A DNA stretch of 64,000 nt from a virus, in IMG/VR virus record IMGVR_UViG_3300048577_000544, positions 472 through 64,471 of that record, one strand, 5' to 3'. Under the pieces are notes generated by a model. That model saw only the letters and a program-made list of their open reading frames with translations. It made no database searches and was not told where the DNA came from. Of this stretch, positions 26,668 to 35,329 are shown piece by piece (positions within the stretch are counted from its first letter, which is position 1; each line of letters begins with the position of its first letter). The translations under genes and the position numbers were made by a program.

Positions 26668-27086
26668 GACGCGACCTCCAAAAGCTTGGCGTCCGCCGCC
26701 TCAATCTCTCGCATATGGGCCTGGGCTTGTTCGGGGGTGGCGATGGCGAAATAGGGATGCTCCTTGCCGTCATCGTCCACGACGGTCAGAGTGTGGATTG
26801 TAAACAATCCACCGAGCGTATAGTTGCAGCCGTCTCCGGGAATATGCTTCCCGGTAAAGGCGTCCTTGCCTTGCGGTTTAAAACGCCCGACGCAGGAGAA
26901 ACCCAAAAACTTCGTAACATCCTTGAAGCTATCACCGGCCCCGGTACGACAGAGGTCTTCTGCGGACTGCACGGTGCCGCAGATCGGACAGACGAACGCC
27001 CAGAATTCCCTGGGGACCCCTTGCGCGCGGACGCGGGAGCGGAACTCTTCCATTGTGATGATTTCCGCCTTCTTAACCTTTTTCAC
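26664..27086 (-). CDS. VVA0879-like Cys-containing phage protein
   Basis: WAFVCPICGTVQSAED..FSCVGRF..GCNYTLGGLF; GTG start overlapping the upstream stop. Confidence 0.7.
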   Translation of the reverse strand: MKKVKKAEIITMEEFRSRVRAQGVPREFWAFVCPICGTVQSAEDLCRTGAGDSFKDVTKFLGFSCVGRFKPQGKDAFTGKHIPGDGCNYTLGGLFTIHTLTVVDDDGKEHPYFAIATPEQAQAHMREIEAADAKLLEVAS

Positions 27087-28258
27087 GCCGCATCCTCCCA
27101 TTCGGAAAATTGGGTTGGCGTCGGAGCCATAAGCGGCATGATGACGCCGAGCCAGGACGGGTCGGGGTCGCCGGCATCGGTGAGCGCCTGGAAGCCCATG
27201 GGGCCGTCCCATCCGGTAAGCGTCAGCCGGAGGCGTTCGCCCGGAACGCGGGACGCGAGGGCGCCGAAATCCTGGGCCGGGATGACGACCTTGACGGGCT
27301 TGCCGGAAACCAGCCGCGCGCCGTCCGCGATCTCCACGCCCTGGCCGCCGTCGGCCGTGAACGTGATGCCGCCCGGAGACGCGTCAAGCAAAACGGCCCG
27401 GCTTTTTTCGGGCAGCACGATGCCCAGGCGATCGCAGACACAGGCCAGTTCGGATACAGCGATGTCGATATGGGTCACGTCAGGCATAGACAGCTTGGAG
27501 ACCATGGCGTTTCCGGCGTCGGTCCATATCCCGCGCCGCACCGGCAGCGACCACCAGCCCAGGTCGTCGGCGAAAAACACACGCTTTTCCGTGACTGCCA
27601 TGCGCGTGGCCGTTTCGAGCCATTTGACCGTACCGGAAATCCGGGCCGGGTCGACGCCGAAGGCTTCGGGCACAATGCCGGGCCACGTGCCCCCCTCGGG
27701 CCGAAAGAGGCGGTCTCGGGCATAGGCGTTTTGCGACACGGCTTCGATCGACAACCCGCCGACGTCGTCGGCGGGAGGCGTAAACCGGACCTGCTCCAGT
27801 TCCTCGTCGCCGGCGGCAAAGGCCACACGGGCGATGGCCGCCGCCAGCCGCCCTTTGGGCACGGCATGGAGCGTGTCCGGAGGCATCTCCACGGTCGGCC
27901 GATCGGCGACGTCGCGCACCGGGATGCCGGAATTGCTGCGGCCGCATTTGACGCGCAGCTTGTCTCCGGACACGTCCAGGGCGAGCGTCACCGGGGCGTC
28001 GGGCAGGCGTTCCACCAGTTTGCGGAACTGGCCGGCCGGAACGCCGCAGGCAAACGGCGTGACAGGCTTTCCCGGCGCGAGGATGCGGCACGAGGCGTCC
28101 AGGGTGCCGTCGGTGGCGGCCAGAGTCAGACCGCCGCCCGTGGCCGTGATCCAGACGCAACCCAGGGCGTGGGTGGCCAGCTTGCCGGCCTGGAAGGACG
28201 TCCGGCCCAGCGCGGCCAGCAGATCGTTGCGGGGGATGGTGACGGACGGCATGGTCAT
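27083..28258 (-). CDS. Divergent DNA polymerase III beta-clamp homologue
   Basis: About 390 aa; LTLAATDG, VPAGQFRKLVERLP, LRVKCGRS and C-terminal P..F...VIMP follow the DnaN three-domain pattern. Confidence 0.75.
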   Translation of the reverse strand: MTMPSVTIPRNDLLAALGRTSFQAGKLATHALGCVWITATGGGLTLAATDGTLDASCRILAPGKPVTPFACGVPAGQFRKLVERLPDAPVTLALDVSGDKLRVKCGRSNSGIPVRDVADRPTVEMPPDTLHAVPKGRLAAAIARVAFAAGDEELEQVRFTPPADDVGGLSIEAVSQNAYARDRLFRPEGGTWPGIVPEAFGVDPARISGTVKWLETATRMAVTEKRVFFADDLGWWSLPVRRGIWTDAGNAMVSKLSMPDVTHIDIAVSELACVCDRLGIVLPEKSRAVLLDASPGGITFTADGGQGVEIADGARLVSGKPVKVVIPAQDFGALASRVPGERLRLTLTGWDGPMGFQALTDAGDPDPSWLGVIMPLMAPTPTQFSEWEDAA

Positions 28259-28482
28259 AGCGACGCCCCTAACGCCCTGGCTTTTTCGGTCAGCGCATCG
28301 AAACGGTCCAGGGCTTCCACGCACTCCCTGGCGGCGCGTCTTGCCCCAAGGTCAAACACAATGGCCTTCAAGATCATCTTTCGCCGTAGCCTTGATTCCG
28401 CCTGTACTGCCGTCGCCATGGCCTCAAGCGCGTCATTGTGGATCTTGTCCGCATCCATGAGATTTGCCGGTGCGCCTTGCAT
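28255..28482 (-). CDS. Small hypothetical protein
   Basis: AAGGAGG RBS, coupled in the early operon. Confidence 0.55.
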   Translation of the reverse strand: MQGAPANLMDADKIHNDALEAMATAVQAESRLRRKMILKAIVFDLGARRAARECVEALDRFDALTEKARALGASL

Positions 28483-28492
28483 GTCCCCTCCT

Positions 28493-28654
28493 TTATTGGT
28501 CGAACTGCGCCGCCGTTTCGCGGGACACCTTGACGCGTCGACCGACCACGCCGCGCCGATGACAAAGCCTGTAGACCAACACGTCGACACAGATGGCCAA
28601 GGCGGCAAACCCCAGAACCGCCCACATGATCGCGAAAGCGTCATCAAGCCGCAT
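28493..28654 (-). CDS. Small membrane protein
   Basis: One hydrophobic helix; GGAGGG RBS. Confidence 0.5.
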   Translation of the reverse strand: MRLDDAFAIMWAVLGFAALAICVDVLVYRLCHRRGVVGRRVKVSRETAAQFDQ

Positions 28655-28907
28655 CGGGGCACCCTCCTTCGTCCCGGTCGCCGGTCGGCAATTGCCGTTC
28701 GCGGAAATCGACCACCGGAGCCAGCCGCCGGGGAGGCACGGCGCGGAGCAGCGCATGCCGCCGCATCATGACCACCCCCTGGATGCTGCCCAGGCAGCCG
28801 CGCACGGCGAGGCGCTGGGAGCCGGTGAGAAATGGATCAGTCACCAGATCGGCCAGCGCCGCCTCGGCTGTGGCAAACTTACGGTCGATATTAAGCTGCA
28901 CGCTCAT
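28644..28907 (-). CDS. Small hypothetical protein
   Basis: GGAGG RBS before MSVQLN. Confidence 0.5.
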   Translation of the reverse strand: MSVQLNIDRKFATAEAALADLVTDPFLTGSQRLAVRGCLGSIQGVVMMRRHALLRAVPPRRLAPVVDFRERQLPTGDRDEGGCPDAA

Positions 28908-29316
28908 GGAAACCTCCGTAGCAATCGGGACAGGTGACGCGGATTCCGGGAAATTCCTGGGCCACGCGGTAACCGGCTGTGATGTAATCCTTGGCCGTAC
29001 AGCCGCAATCCGCGATCGGGCGGCGACAGACGTTGCAAACCGTGCCTTTCGGATCGACACGGACCTGCTCCGGAGTCAGCCTGAAATACGCGGCCACAAC
29101 GGCGGGGTCCGGGTCTTTCGGCTCCGGCGCTACCCCTGCTTTAGCGACAAGCGTGTATTCGACGCGGATCTCCGCCGTAATCTCAAAGTCTTTGGCGCAA
29201 TGCGAACAGGTGACGTCGAAATGTTGCGTCTCGTCTTCGCCGTAGCCGCCGTGGAATTCTTCAATATCCTCGCTTAAAATATTCTCGCCGCAATACGGGC
29301 ACTCGTACATGCTCAT
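28891..29316 (-). CDS. Zinc-finger protein
   Basis: CPYC, CSHC and CNVC..C.C motifs; GGAGG RBS. Confidence 0.6.
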   Translation of the reverse strand: MSMYECPYCGENILSEDIEEFHGGYGEDETQHFDVTCSHCAKDFEITAEIRVEYTLVAKAGVAPEPKDPDPAVVAAYFRLTPEQVRVDPKGTVCNVCRRPIADCGCTAKDYITAGYRVAQEFPGIRVTCPDCYGGFHERAA

Positions 29317-29732
29317 CGCTCCACCTCCCGCCGCGCGACCTTGCCGAGCGGCACGATGCCGGCCGAGATGCAGTCCGCCGCCCAGCCGTGTTTGTTCCAG
29401 ACGATGTCCTTGACGCGGGTGACAATCCAAACGCCCACCCGGCGATGCACGCTGACTCGGTCGCCGCGCACAACCGGAAACACGCCCGGCAACGGCCAAC
29501 GCCCGATGATGCGCTCCCGGACCACGGGACGGACGGACGCGGGCAGAGGAAGATCGCCCGCGCCGTCTGTGTTTCGCGACTGGGGATTCGCGCCCGCCAG
29601 GTCACTCTTTGGCGTCGAGACCTCGCCAGGGGACGGGACGCAAATCCCGCCCTCGGCTCCCAAACCGACAGCCGCGGGGAGGATGCCGCGGCTGTCGGCA
29701 ATCGCCCCTCCCTGGCCAGGTCTCGACACCAT
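29313..29732 (-). CDS. Hypothetical protein
   Basis: GGAGG RBS; fills the operon between cII and the Zn-finger gene. Confidence 0.45.
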   Translation of the reverse strand: MVSRPGQGGAIADSRGILPAAVGLGAEGGICVPSPGEVSTPKSDLAGANPQSRNTDGAGDLPLPASVRPVVRERIIGRWPLPGVFPVVRGDRVSVHRRVGVWIVTRVKDIVWNKHGWAADCISAGIVPLGKVARREVER

Positions 29733-29734
29733 GG

Positions 29735-30187
29735 CTAGACCGCCTCCAATGACTTGGCGAACGTCATCAGCGCGGCTACGGCCTCGTAAATTTCTTTGCG
29801 AACGTCCTTTTTGTCGCCCCGGTCGATCGTGCCGTCACCGGCCGCCTTGAGGTAGGCCTCCATGACATCGCCGACTTCCTTGACAGACTGGATGGCCTGC
29901 ATGGACAGCGGTTCCATACCGAGCACGGCCTCGGGCAGGTCGATGACCACACAACCCAGACGGTCGGCCAGGTAATGCAGCGCCCGCTTGGAACCGGCCT
30001 GAAGGCTGACCGGCAACACCATGTTGGCGTCAAGCTTGAACCCTTCTTGCTGCTCCAACTGGTTCATAAACGTGGTGTAGCGCTTGAACCCCAGATTCTC
30101 GGCGATCGCGTGCGGGGTCAGGCCGCTTGGCGCGTCCAGCACGTCGGCATGCAACACGGCGATGAGCGAATCGAAGTCCCTGGCCAT
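29735..30187 (-). CDS. Phage regulatory CII-family protein
   Basis: LHYLADRLGCVVIDLP...KEVGDV....A.GDG.IDR.D....KEI.EA pattern; follows cro. Confidence 0.75.
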   Translation of the reverse strand: MARDFDSLIAVLHADVLDAPSGLTPHAIAENLGFKRYTTFMNQLEQQEGFKLDANMVLPVSLQAGSKRALHYLADRLGCVVIDLPEAVLGMEPLSMQAIQSVKEVGDVMEAYLKAAGDGTIDRGDKKDVRKEIYEAVAALMTFAKSLEAV

Positions 30188-30425
30188 AGATTTCCCTCTC
30201 TCTATCTCGTGGAAGGCGTTAAGCTACATTGACAATCTGTAAACATGGAAAGCGGAAAACAACTCACACGTTGCGCTGATTGCATCGAATGGGTGTGCAA
30301 CCTGGAGGGTCGGCAGGACGACCGGGGATGGGTGAAGCACTGCCCCGCCGGCGGACGGGAAACCGTGGAGACGGACGCGGCCTGCGGGAAGTTTGCGCCG
30401 TGGCGCACGGGTGGGTTACGGGAGG

Positions 30426-30716
30426 TCATGCGGCTTTGACCTCCGCGTCGTCGCGGGAAACGTAGCCCGCAGGAGGAAGTAAAAATTCAGGTATTCCAAG
30501 CGCCGCGAGTTGTGCAACACGACCTTTAGGGACTTCGCGCCCTGTGACAATCTTGCTGGCCATGGATTGGCTCACTCCAAGCACTCCGGCCAGTTTAACC
30601 TTCGACAGCCCCTTATAGGAGACAAACGCCGCCAAGGCGGCGGCCTGACCACCCTCGTCTTTCAGGTTTGAAAAGGCCGCGATTTCACCTTGACTTAGTA
30701 TGACAATGCCGTTCAT
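30426..30716 (-). CDS. Cro-like HTH protein
   Basis: GLSKVKLAGVLGVSQSMASKIVTG HTH, divergent from cI. Confidence 0.7.
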   Translation of the reverse strand: MNGIVILSQGEIAAFSNLKDEGGQAAALAAFVSYKGLSKVKLAGVLGVSQSMASKIVTGREVPKGRVAQLAALGIPEFLLPPAGYVSRDDAEVKAA

Positions 30717-30849
30717 GAGGACTTACCCCGCGCTCACATACTTGAGCTAATTTGTTGACTCATACTTAAGAGGAACTTTAGTTTGTGTCAACATTTTTTC
30801 TCATTTTATTTAGGTAGACTTAATTATAGTATTAAATATAGGAGTTTAG
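30717..30849. promoter_or_regulatory. cI/cro divergent promoter-operator region
   Basis: AT-rich spacer with repeated CATACTTGAG / CATACTTAAG. Confidence 0.55.
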
Positions 30850-31590
30850 TTGAAAGATTCCGCTTCCGTTGTTATCGATAGAATCAGGCAGGAGCTTGGC
30901 CTGAAAACCGATGCCGCCCTGGCCCGCATTCTGGGGATCTCCGCGTCCGCCATCTCGCAGGTCCGCAAGCGCGACACCGTTCCCCTTGATTGGCTTGAAC
31001 AACTTGAGGCAGCACCCGGCTTTGATCGACAGTTTATAAAAACCGGGACGAGGACGAAGACGATGCCTGGAGCTTCTACCCTCGCCAACCAAGACCCATC
31101 CAAAAAGTGGGCGACGGCTGTTTTTAGTTCTGACGGGCAGGAAGAAGTTTATAGCGAGTATCCGGCGGCCGGGATCGTCACCAACGCCTCGGGGCTGGTA
31201 CTGCCGGTGCACCATTACGCGGAATACGTTTTAGCCCTGGAAGTACGCGGGAAACTCGACGCCGACGGCAATCTGCAACTGACCGGCTCTGGACTGCCAT
31301 TGCCACGCGAGCGGCTCAAACGCTGGCAGGCTGACGAAACGAAAGTCCGCAGCTTGCGAACGGCACAGGGGTTGGCCGTTTTCGATCTGGGACAGACGGA
31401 TGAATGCGACGGACGCTCGTATATCGTAGAGGTCAGCAGGACACTGCTCCTCCGGACGTGGCGTATCGGCCTCAATGGTCCGGAATTTGTGGCGACGGCC
31501 GGAAACGCCCCGGCTATACCGGCTGGAAGAGGGGCAGAAGGCGGAGTTGCCATAGTCGGCAGGATTGTGATGCTCTGTATGGAGATGTGA
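30850..31590 (+). CDS. CI-like repressor with degenerate S24-like C-terminal domain
   Basis: N-term IDRIRQELGLKTDAALARILGISASAISQVRKRDTVPLDWL; C-term DGRSYIV...IVGRIV but no GDSM or KR motif; AGGAG RBS, TTG start. Confidence 0.85.
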   Translation: MKDSASVVIDRIRQELGLKTDAALARILGISASAISQVRKRDTVPLDWLEQLEAAPGFDRQFIKTGTRTKTMPGASTLANQDPSKKWATAVFSSDGQEEVYSEYPAAGIVTNASGLVLPVHHYAEYVLALEVRGKLDADGNLQLTGSGLPLPRERLKRWQADETKVRSLRTAQGLAVFDLGQTDECDGRSYIVEVSRTLLLRTWRIGLNGPEFVATAGNAPAIPAGRGAEGGVAIVGRIVMLCMEM

Positions 31591-31604
31591 GACGGGAGGT
31601 GTGC

Positions 31605-32099
31605 ATGGGCGACAACGCTATATACTGCCCCTCTTGTGGTATGGACTTTCGCCCCGAGGACGTGGCGGGCACGGTCGTTTGCCCCGTCTGTGGGGCGCGG
31701 CTCGACGGTCAGCCGACAGCGCCAACGCCAGGCATTTTGACAAAACCGCTGCCTGCCCGTTGGGACAAGCGGATCAAGCTCGGCATCGGCGCGTTTCTGG
31801 CCGCGCTCCTTTTCTTTGGTTGGACAGTCAACAACACCCTCCACCCGCCCAAGACCATCACCGAGGACACGCTCCAACACGCCGCCGACGCCGTCAAAAC
31901 GCTGCCCGGTGTCCAGGCCGTTGTCGTCGCTGCTATCGATCCGCCACGACTGACCGTCTATGCCGAAGATCAGGGCAAGAAACCAGAAATGTACCAGAAG
32001 TTTTTATGCGCCAAGATCGCTCAGGCCGGGGCCTGGGCCAGCGTCGAGGTATTGCCCGTCGGAGCGGGGACGGCGCTTTGGAATGGGGTTTGTCGATAA
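31605..32099 (+). CDS. Zinc-ribbon membrane protein co-transcribed with cI (possible exclusion factor)
   Basis: CPSC...CPVC, one TM helix, small exported domain; GGAGG RBS. Confidence 0.65.
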   Translation: MGDNAIYCPSCGMDFRPEDVAGTVVCPVCGARLDGQPTAPTPGILTKPLPARWDKRIKLGIGAFLAALLFFGWTVNNTLHPPKTITEDTLQHAADAVKTLPGVQAVVVAAIDPPRLTVYAEDQGKKPEMYQKFLCAKIAQAGAWASVEVLPVGAGTALWNGVCR

Positions 32100-32131
32100 A
32101 ATAAGAGGCGACCGAAGCCGCCTCTTATTTT
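32098..32131. terminator. Bidirectional intrinsic terminator
   Basis: AATAAGAGGCG-N-CGCCTCTTATT between convergent genes. Confidence 0.75.
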
Positions 32132-32145
32132 CAGAGCCCGCCAAC

Positions 32146-32424
32146 CTATTCCATACGCCCCTCTAAATTCTTCGCAGCTACAGAGATTATGGCAACAATC
32201 CCCTTCGTCGGGAGGGGGTACAAAGCTTCGTCAGCTGGAGCCCAAGGCCTCTCATTTATAAGGTTTATGGTCACCCCGTTTCCCACCTGAGTTTCTGTTG
32301 TTCTTTCAGAACGTTTTTTTATGTCTTCTCCCCTTGCTCTTGCCCTTAAATGTACGACTGCAATATCAATATGATAAAGCACATCTTCGATCGACATCTC
32401 CGCAAAGCATTTATCTAGATCCAT
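32146..32424 (-). CDS. Hypothetical protein (AT-rich moron-like)
   Basis: GGGGGA RBS before MDLDKC. Confidence 0.5.
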   Translation of the reverse strand: MDLDKCFAEMSIEDVLYHIDIAVVHLRARARGEDIKKRSERTTETQVGNGVTINLINERPWAPADEALYPLPTKGIVAIISVAAKNLEGRME

Positions 32425-32550
32425 GTATCCCCCAATCTTGTTAAGGTTCACAAGCCCCAGAGAGAGATTCCTTGTTTCGATACACATTATACATATTATC
32501 AATAAGCTTTCGACAAGGAAACAACCAAACCGCAATACCCTATACCTGCC

Positions 32551-32823
32551 CTACTCCTTCAGCGTCACCACATACCGCCCATCCCTGATTCGTATCCGCC
32601 CCGCCGCCATCAACTGTTGCACGGTTCTAGGGCGTGTCCCCGGCGGCACGTCGAGTTGGAGTCGCAGCAGGCCGTCCCAATTGCGGATGATGCGGCGAAT
32701 CCGTTCCCGGACCTCCCGTCGCATGTATTCGTCAAACAGGAGTTGCACCGAGCCGTCGGCGGCCAGTGAGGCGACGCACCCCTTGCGCGCCAGCCAGGCG
32801 CGAGGGTCAAATGGTGAGGACAT
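32551..32823 (-). CDS. Small hypothetical protein, paralogue of 13231-13503
   Basis: Alignment with the island ORF; lies at the end of the tail-fibre module. Confidence 0.65.
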   Translation of the reverse strand: MSSPFDPRAWLARKGCVASLAADGSVQLLFDEYMRREVRERIRRIIRNWDGLLRLQLDVPPGTRPRTVQQLMAAGRIRIRDGRYVVTLKE

Positions 32824-32886
32824 AGGGAAACAATAGCGGGGAGGCGGCGGAAGCAAAAGACCCTGACAGCGGAACCGTTATTTTTG

Positions 32887-32937
32887 CGGATGTCGTCGGC
32901 ATCCCGATCTGACGCTTTTGGATGCCGGCGACATCCG
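32887..32937. repeat. 18-bp inverted repeat (1 mismatch)
   Basis: CGGATGTCGTCGGCATCC ... GGATGCCGGCGACATCCG. Confidence 0.7.
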
Positions 32938-32951
32938 AGTGGTGCCACCGG

Positions 32952-32994
32952 AAAAAGCGAAAGCCCCGACATCCGCCAGGGGCTTTCGCTTTTT
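32952..32994. terminator. Intrinsic terminator ending the tail/DGR operon
   Basis: AAAAAGCGAAAGCCCC-N11-GGGGCTTTCGCTTTTT perfect 16-bp stem. Confidence 0.85.
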
Positions 32995-33013
32995 GGGACC
33001 GCGCCGAGCGCGC

Positions 33014-33715
33014 CTACGGCCAGACAATCCCCAGTAGCACGGCGTCGATGGCCAGGGCGTCGCCGGCGGCTTTGACGGCGGCCTGGGCGGCCGTGCAGGT
33101 CCGGTAGAGGGCATCGGTCCAAAACGTGATTTCGGTGGTCAGCGCCTTAAATGTCTCGGTGGTGTGCGGAATATGATTGCCGTCGGCGTCGTCCCAGACG
33201 AAACCATCGGGCAGCGTCATACCGCCGGCCAGCTTGGATTCAAGCCCGGTCATCCATTGACGAACAGCGGCGTTTGCTTTATAAGTCACGCCTTTGGAGT
33301 CGGTGAACGTGCCGAACATCCGGGCGTCGGTCCAAGCGTCGAGCCGGGCCACGGCCGTCATTCGCAGCGCGGCCACATCGTCGACCGGCGGCGGCACGGC
33401 CCGATCTGCGCAACCCCAGGCCACGGCCTCGGCAACGGTAATTCCCATCCGGGTCAGGGCGTTGTTCGGGTCGACCATCCATTGCGACAAGTGTCGGGCC
33501 GTGGCTGTTCCCCGGTCATCGTAGTCCGTCAGCACACGGTGCCCGGCGATGGCCGTTACCGTGTCGGCAAGCGGGACTTCGCCCAAAGGCACCCAGCCGT
33601 AGCGCTCATCCATGAGCGTTTGCACCAGGGCCAGCGCCGGGGCCGCGTACGCCGGATCGGCCAGCAAGTTGACGATGTCCTGCCGTAAGCTGATCGTCTT
33701 CGGGAACCCCTGCAT
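33014..33715 (-). CDS. DUF4376-like tail fibre assembly protein
   Basis: C-terminal FTDSKG..Y.AN....W.DADGN.IP...F..L.......A.DA..IDAV..I.W pattern. Confidence 0.7.
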   Translation of the reverse strand: MQGFPKTISLRQDIVNLLADPAYAAPALALVQTLMDERYGWVPLGEVPLADTVTAIAGHRVLTDYDDRGTATARHLSQWMVDPNNALTRMGITVAEAVAWGCADRAVPPPVDDVAALRMTAVARLDAWTDARMFGTFTDSKGVTYKANAAVRQWMTGLESKLAGGMTLPDGFVWDDADGNHIPHTTETFKALTTEITFWTDALYRTCTAAQAAVKAAGDALAIDAVLLGIVWP

Positions 33716-33723
33716 AATACCCC

Positions 33724-34023
33724 CTAGGATAGTGTGTAATATCTGTCGATACGCTTGATTGTCGCCAGAAACGGCACTTCGCCGCCGTATTTCTCGAACT
33801 GGCGCATGAGCACTTCGGAGCCGGTGAAAAATATCTTGCGCGCGCCGGCCTGCTCGAATTGGACGGTCAGGCAGTTCCCGGAATTGCTTGCCCCGTACTT
33901 GCTTTTTTTGACCTTGAACCCCGTGACCAGAACTTCCAGATTTAAAACGGAGTCGAGCTTGACCTTCTCGCCGTCAAGCGGCCCCTCTTCCTGGGCAAAG
34001 TCCGCAAATCGTTTCGGCGACAT
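33724..34023 (-). CDS. Small beta-rich protein overlapping the DGR RT 3' end (candidate DGR accessory factor)
   Basis: GGAGG RBS inside the RT gene; LDGEKVKLDSVLN..VLVTGFKVKKSKY..CLTVQF..FFTGSEVL..Q..VPFLATI. Confidence 0.7.
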   Translation of the reverse strand: MSPKRFADFAQEEGPLDGEKVKLDSVLNLEVLVTGFKVKKSKYGASNSGNCLTVQFEQAGARKIFFTGSEVLMRQFEKYGGEVPFLATIKRIDRYYTLS

Positions 34024-35023
34024 GCGTACACCTCCACAGTTTTTCCAACTCCACGGCCAGGGCCAGATTGTGGCTGTTGGCCCACTTGATCCAACCGCGC
34101 GTGGAGGCAATCGAGGATCGATATTGTTCGGGGCTGATCCGCCCCGAGGCAAGCAGACCGGGCAGCGACCGCAGCCGCACCTTGACCCGCTTGGCCGTGC
34201 GCTTGCGGAGCAGGATGTAGTCGGGAAAATGGCGGTAGCCGAGGAAATCCACGCCCTGGGACACCGGGAACAGGTTCAGCCGGCTCAAGCACATCTTGAG
34301 CCGGTCGGCCACGAAGTCGCGAATCACGCCCGCCAGATCGCGGAGCACGGCCTTGTCGTCATGGAACAGACAGAAATCGTCGCAGTACCGAATATAGGAT
34401 TTGACGTGGCAGCGATGCTTGAGGTGTTGATCCAATTCGTTGAGATAAAGGTTGCCAAACCATTGGCTCAAAAAATTGCCGATGGGCACGTTTTTGCCGC
34501 CGTCAACGGAATGGATGACGTCATCGAGTAGCCACAGCGTGGCGGGGCACTTGATTTTGCGGCGCACGATTTCCGCCAGTACGGCATGATCCATGGACGG
34601 GTAGAACTTCGAGACATCGCCTTGCAGACAATAGCGGTAGCGGCGCACGTATTCCATGACCTTGCGGCTGCCGGCGTGGACGCCCAGGCCCCGGCGGCAG
34701 GCGTAGGACGTCGGAATCATGAGGCCGTCCCAGATCGGTTCCAGCACGTTCATGACGGCATGTTGCACGATCCTGTCCGGCGCGAACGGCAGTATGAAGA
34801 TGGTCCGGCGTTTCGGTTCGTGGATCGTCTTCAAGCTGTACGGCGACGTCGTAAAGGTTTTTTCCAGCAACGCTTTCCGGATGCCCGCCAGATTGCCCTC
34901 GACGTCCTGATCAAAACGCACAATGGCGCTATGCCAGGATTTACCGCGCCGGGCCTTGTGGTGGGCCAGCCGCAGATTGTCCATGTCAGCGATGCGTTCA
35001 AAAAGATTGCCGTGTCGTTTCAT
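33974..35023 (-). CDS. DGR reverse transcriptase
   Basis: PFAPDRIVQHA, DVSKFYPSMDH, PIGNFLSQ (DGR-type GxxxSQ), YIRYCDDF, GVDFLGY; 349 aa, no maturase or endonuclease extension. Confidence 0.95.
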   Translation of the reverse strand: MKRHGNLFERIADMDNLRLAHHKARRGKSWHSAIVRFDQDVEGNLAGIRKALLEKTFTTSPYSLKTIHEPKRRTIFILPFAPDRIVQHAVMNVLEPIWDGLMIPTSYACRRGLGVHAGSRKVMEYVRRYRYCLQGDVSKFYPSMDHAVLAEIVRRKIKCPATLWLLDDVIHSVDGGKNVPIGNFLSQWFGNLYLNELDQHLKHRCHVKSYIRYCDDFCLFHDDKAVLRDLAGVIRDFVADRLKMCLSRLNLFPVSQGVDFLGYRHFPDYILLRKRTAKRVKVRLRSLPGLLASGRISPEQYRSSIASTRGWIKWANSHNLALAVELEKLWRCTHVAETICGLCPGRGAA

Positions 35024-35162
35024 GTGTTGTCATCGGGTTGGAGAGCGTTCGGCCTGCGCCTACTAGCTCCCCGCCCCCTCCGTCGTGTGTTTTGCCTGTC
35101 GGCCGTGCGGCCTACCGGGCAGGGCCGATGCGTCCAGCCTGGAGTCGTGGCCCGATCCAGTA
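35024..35162 (-). ncRNA. DGR TR-RT spacer (structured 3' part of the DGR RNA)
   Basis: GC-rich non-coding stretch between TR and RT containing GGCAAAACAC...GAGCTAGTAGG...CGAACGCTC. Confidence 0.55.
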
Positions 35163-35279
35163 TCCGTGACACCGCGCACCCCGTAATTCGCATTGAGCGT
35201 CAGCGGACTGTTATTCACATTCAGCGCGCGCGAACCGCAAATCGCCCCATTCGACCAATTACCACCAACGAGCGCACGG
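35163..35279 (-). repeat. DGR template repeat (TR), 117 bp
   Basis: Reads RALVGGNWSNGAICGSRALNVNNSPLTLNANYGVRGVTD; 20 adenines, mostly in AAT/AAC codons. Confidence 0.95.
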
Positions 35280-35329
35280 GAGACGCATCAGCCAAATTTT
35301 CGCGGCGCGAGACGCATTGCGAACCGTCG

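Noticed and set aside
33974-35023. RT as group II intron, retron or Abi RT
   Set aside because: DGR-type GxxxSQ motif, no maturase or endonuclease domain, and an adjacent TR/VR pair with adenine-specific mismatches.
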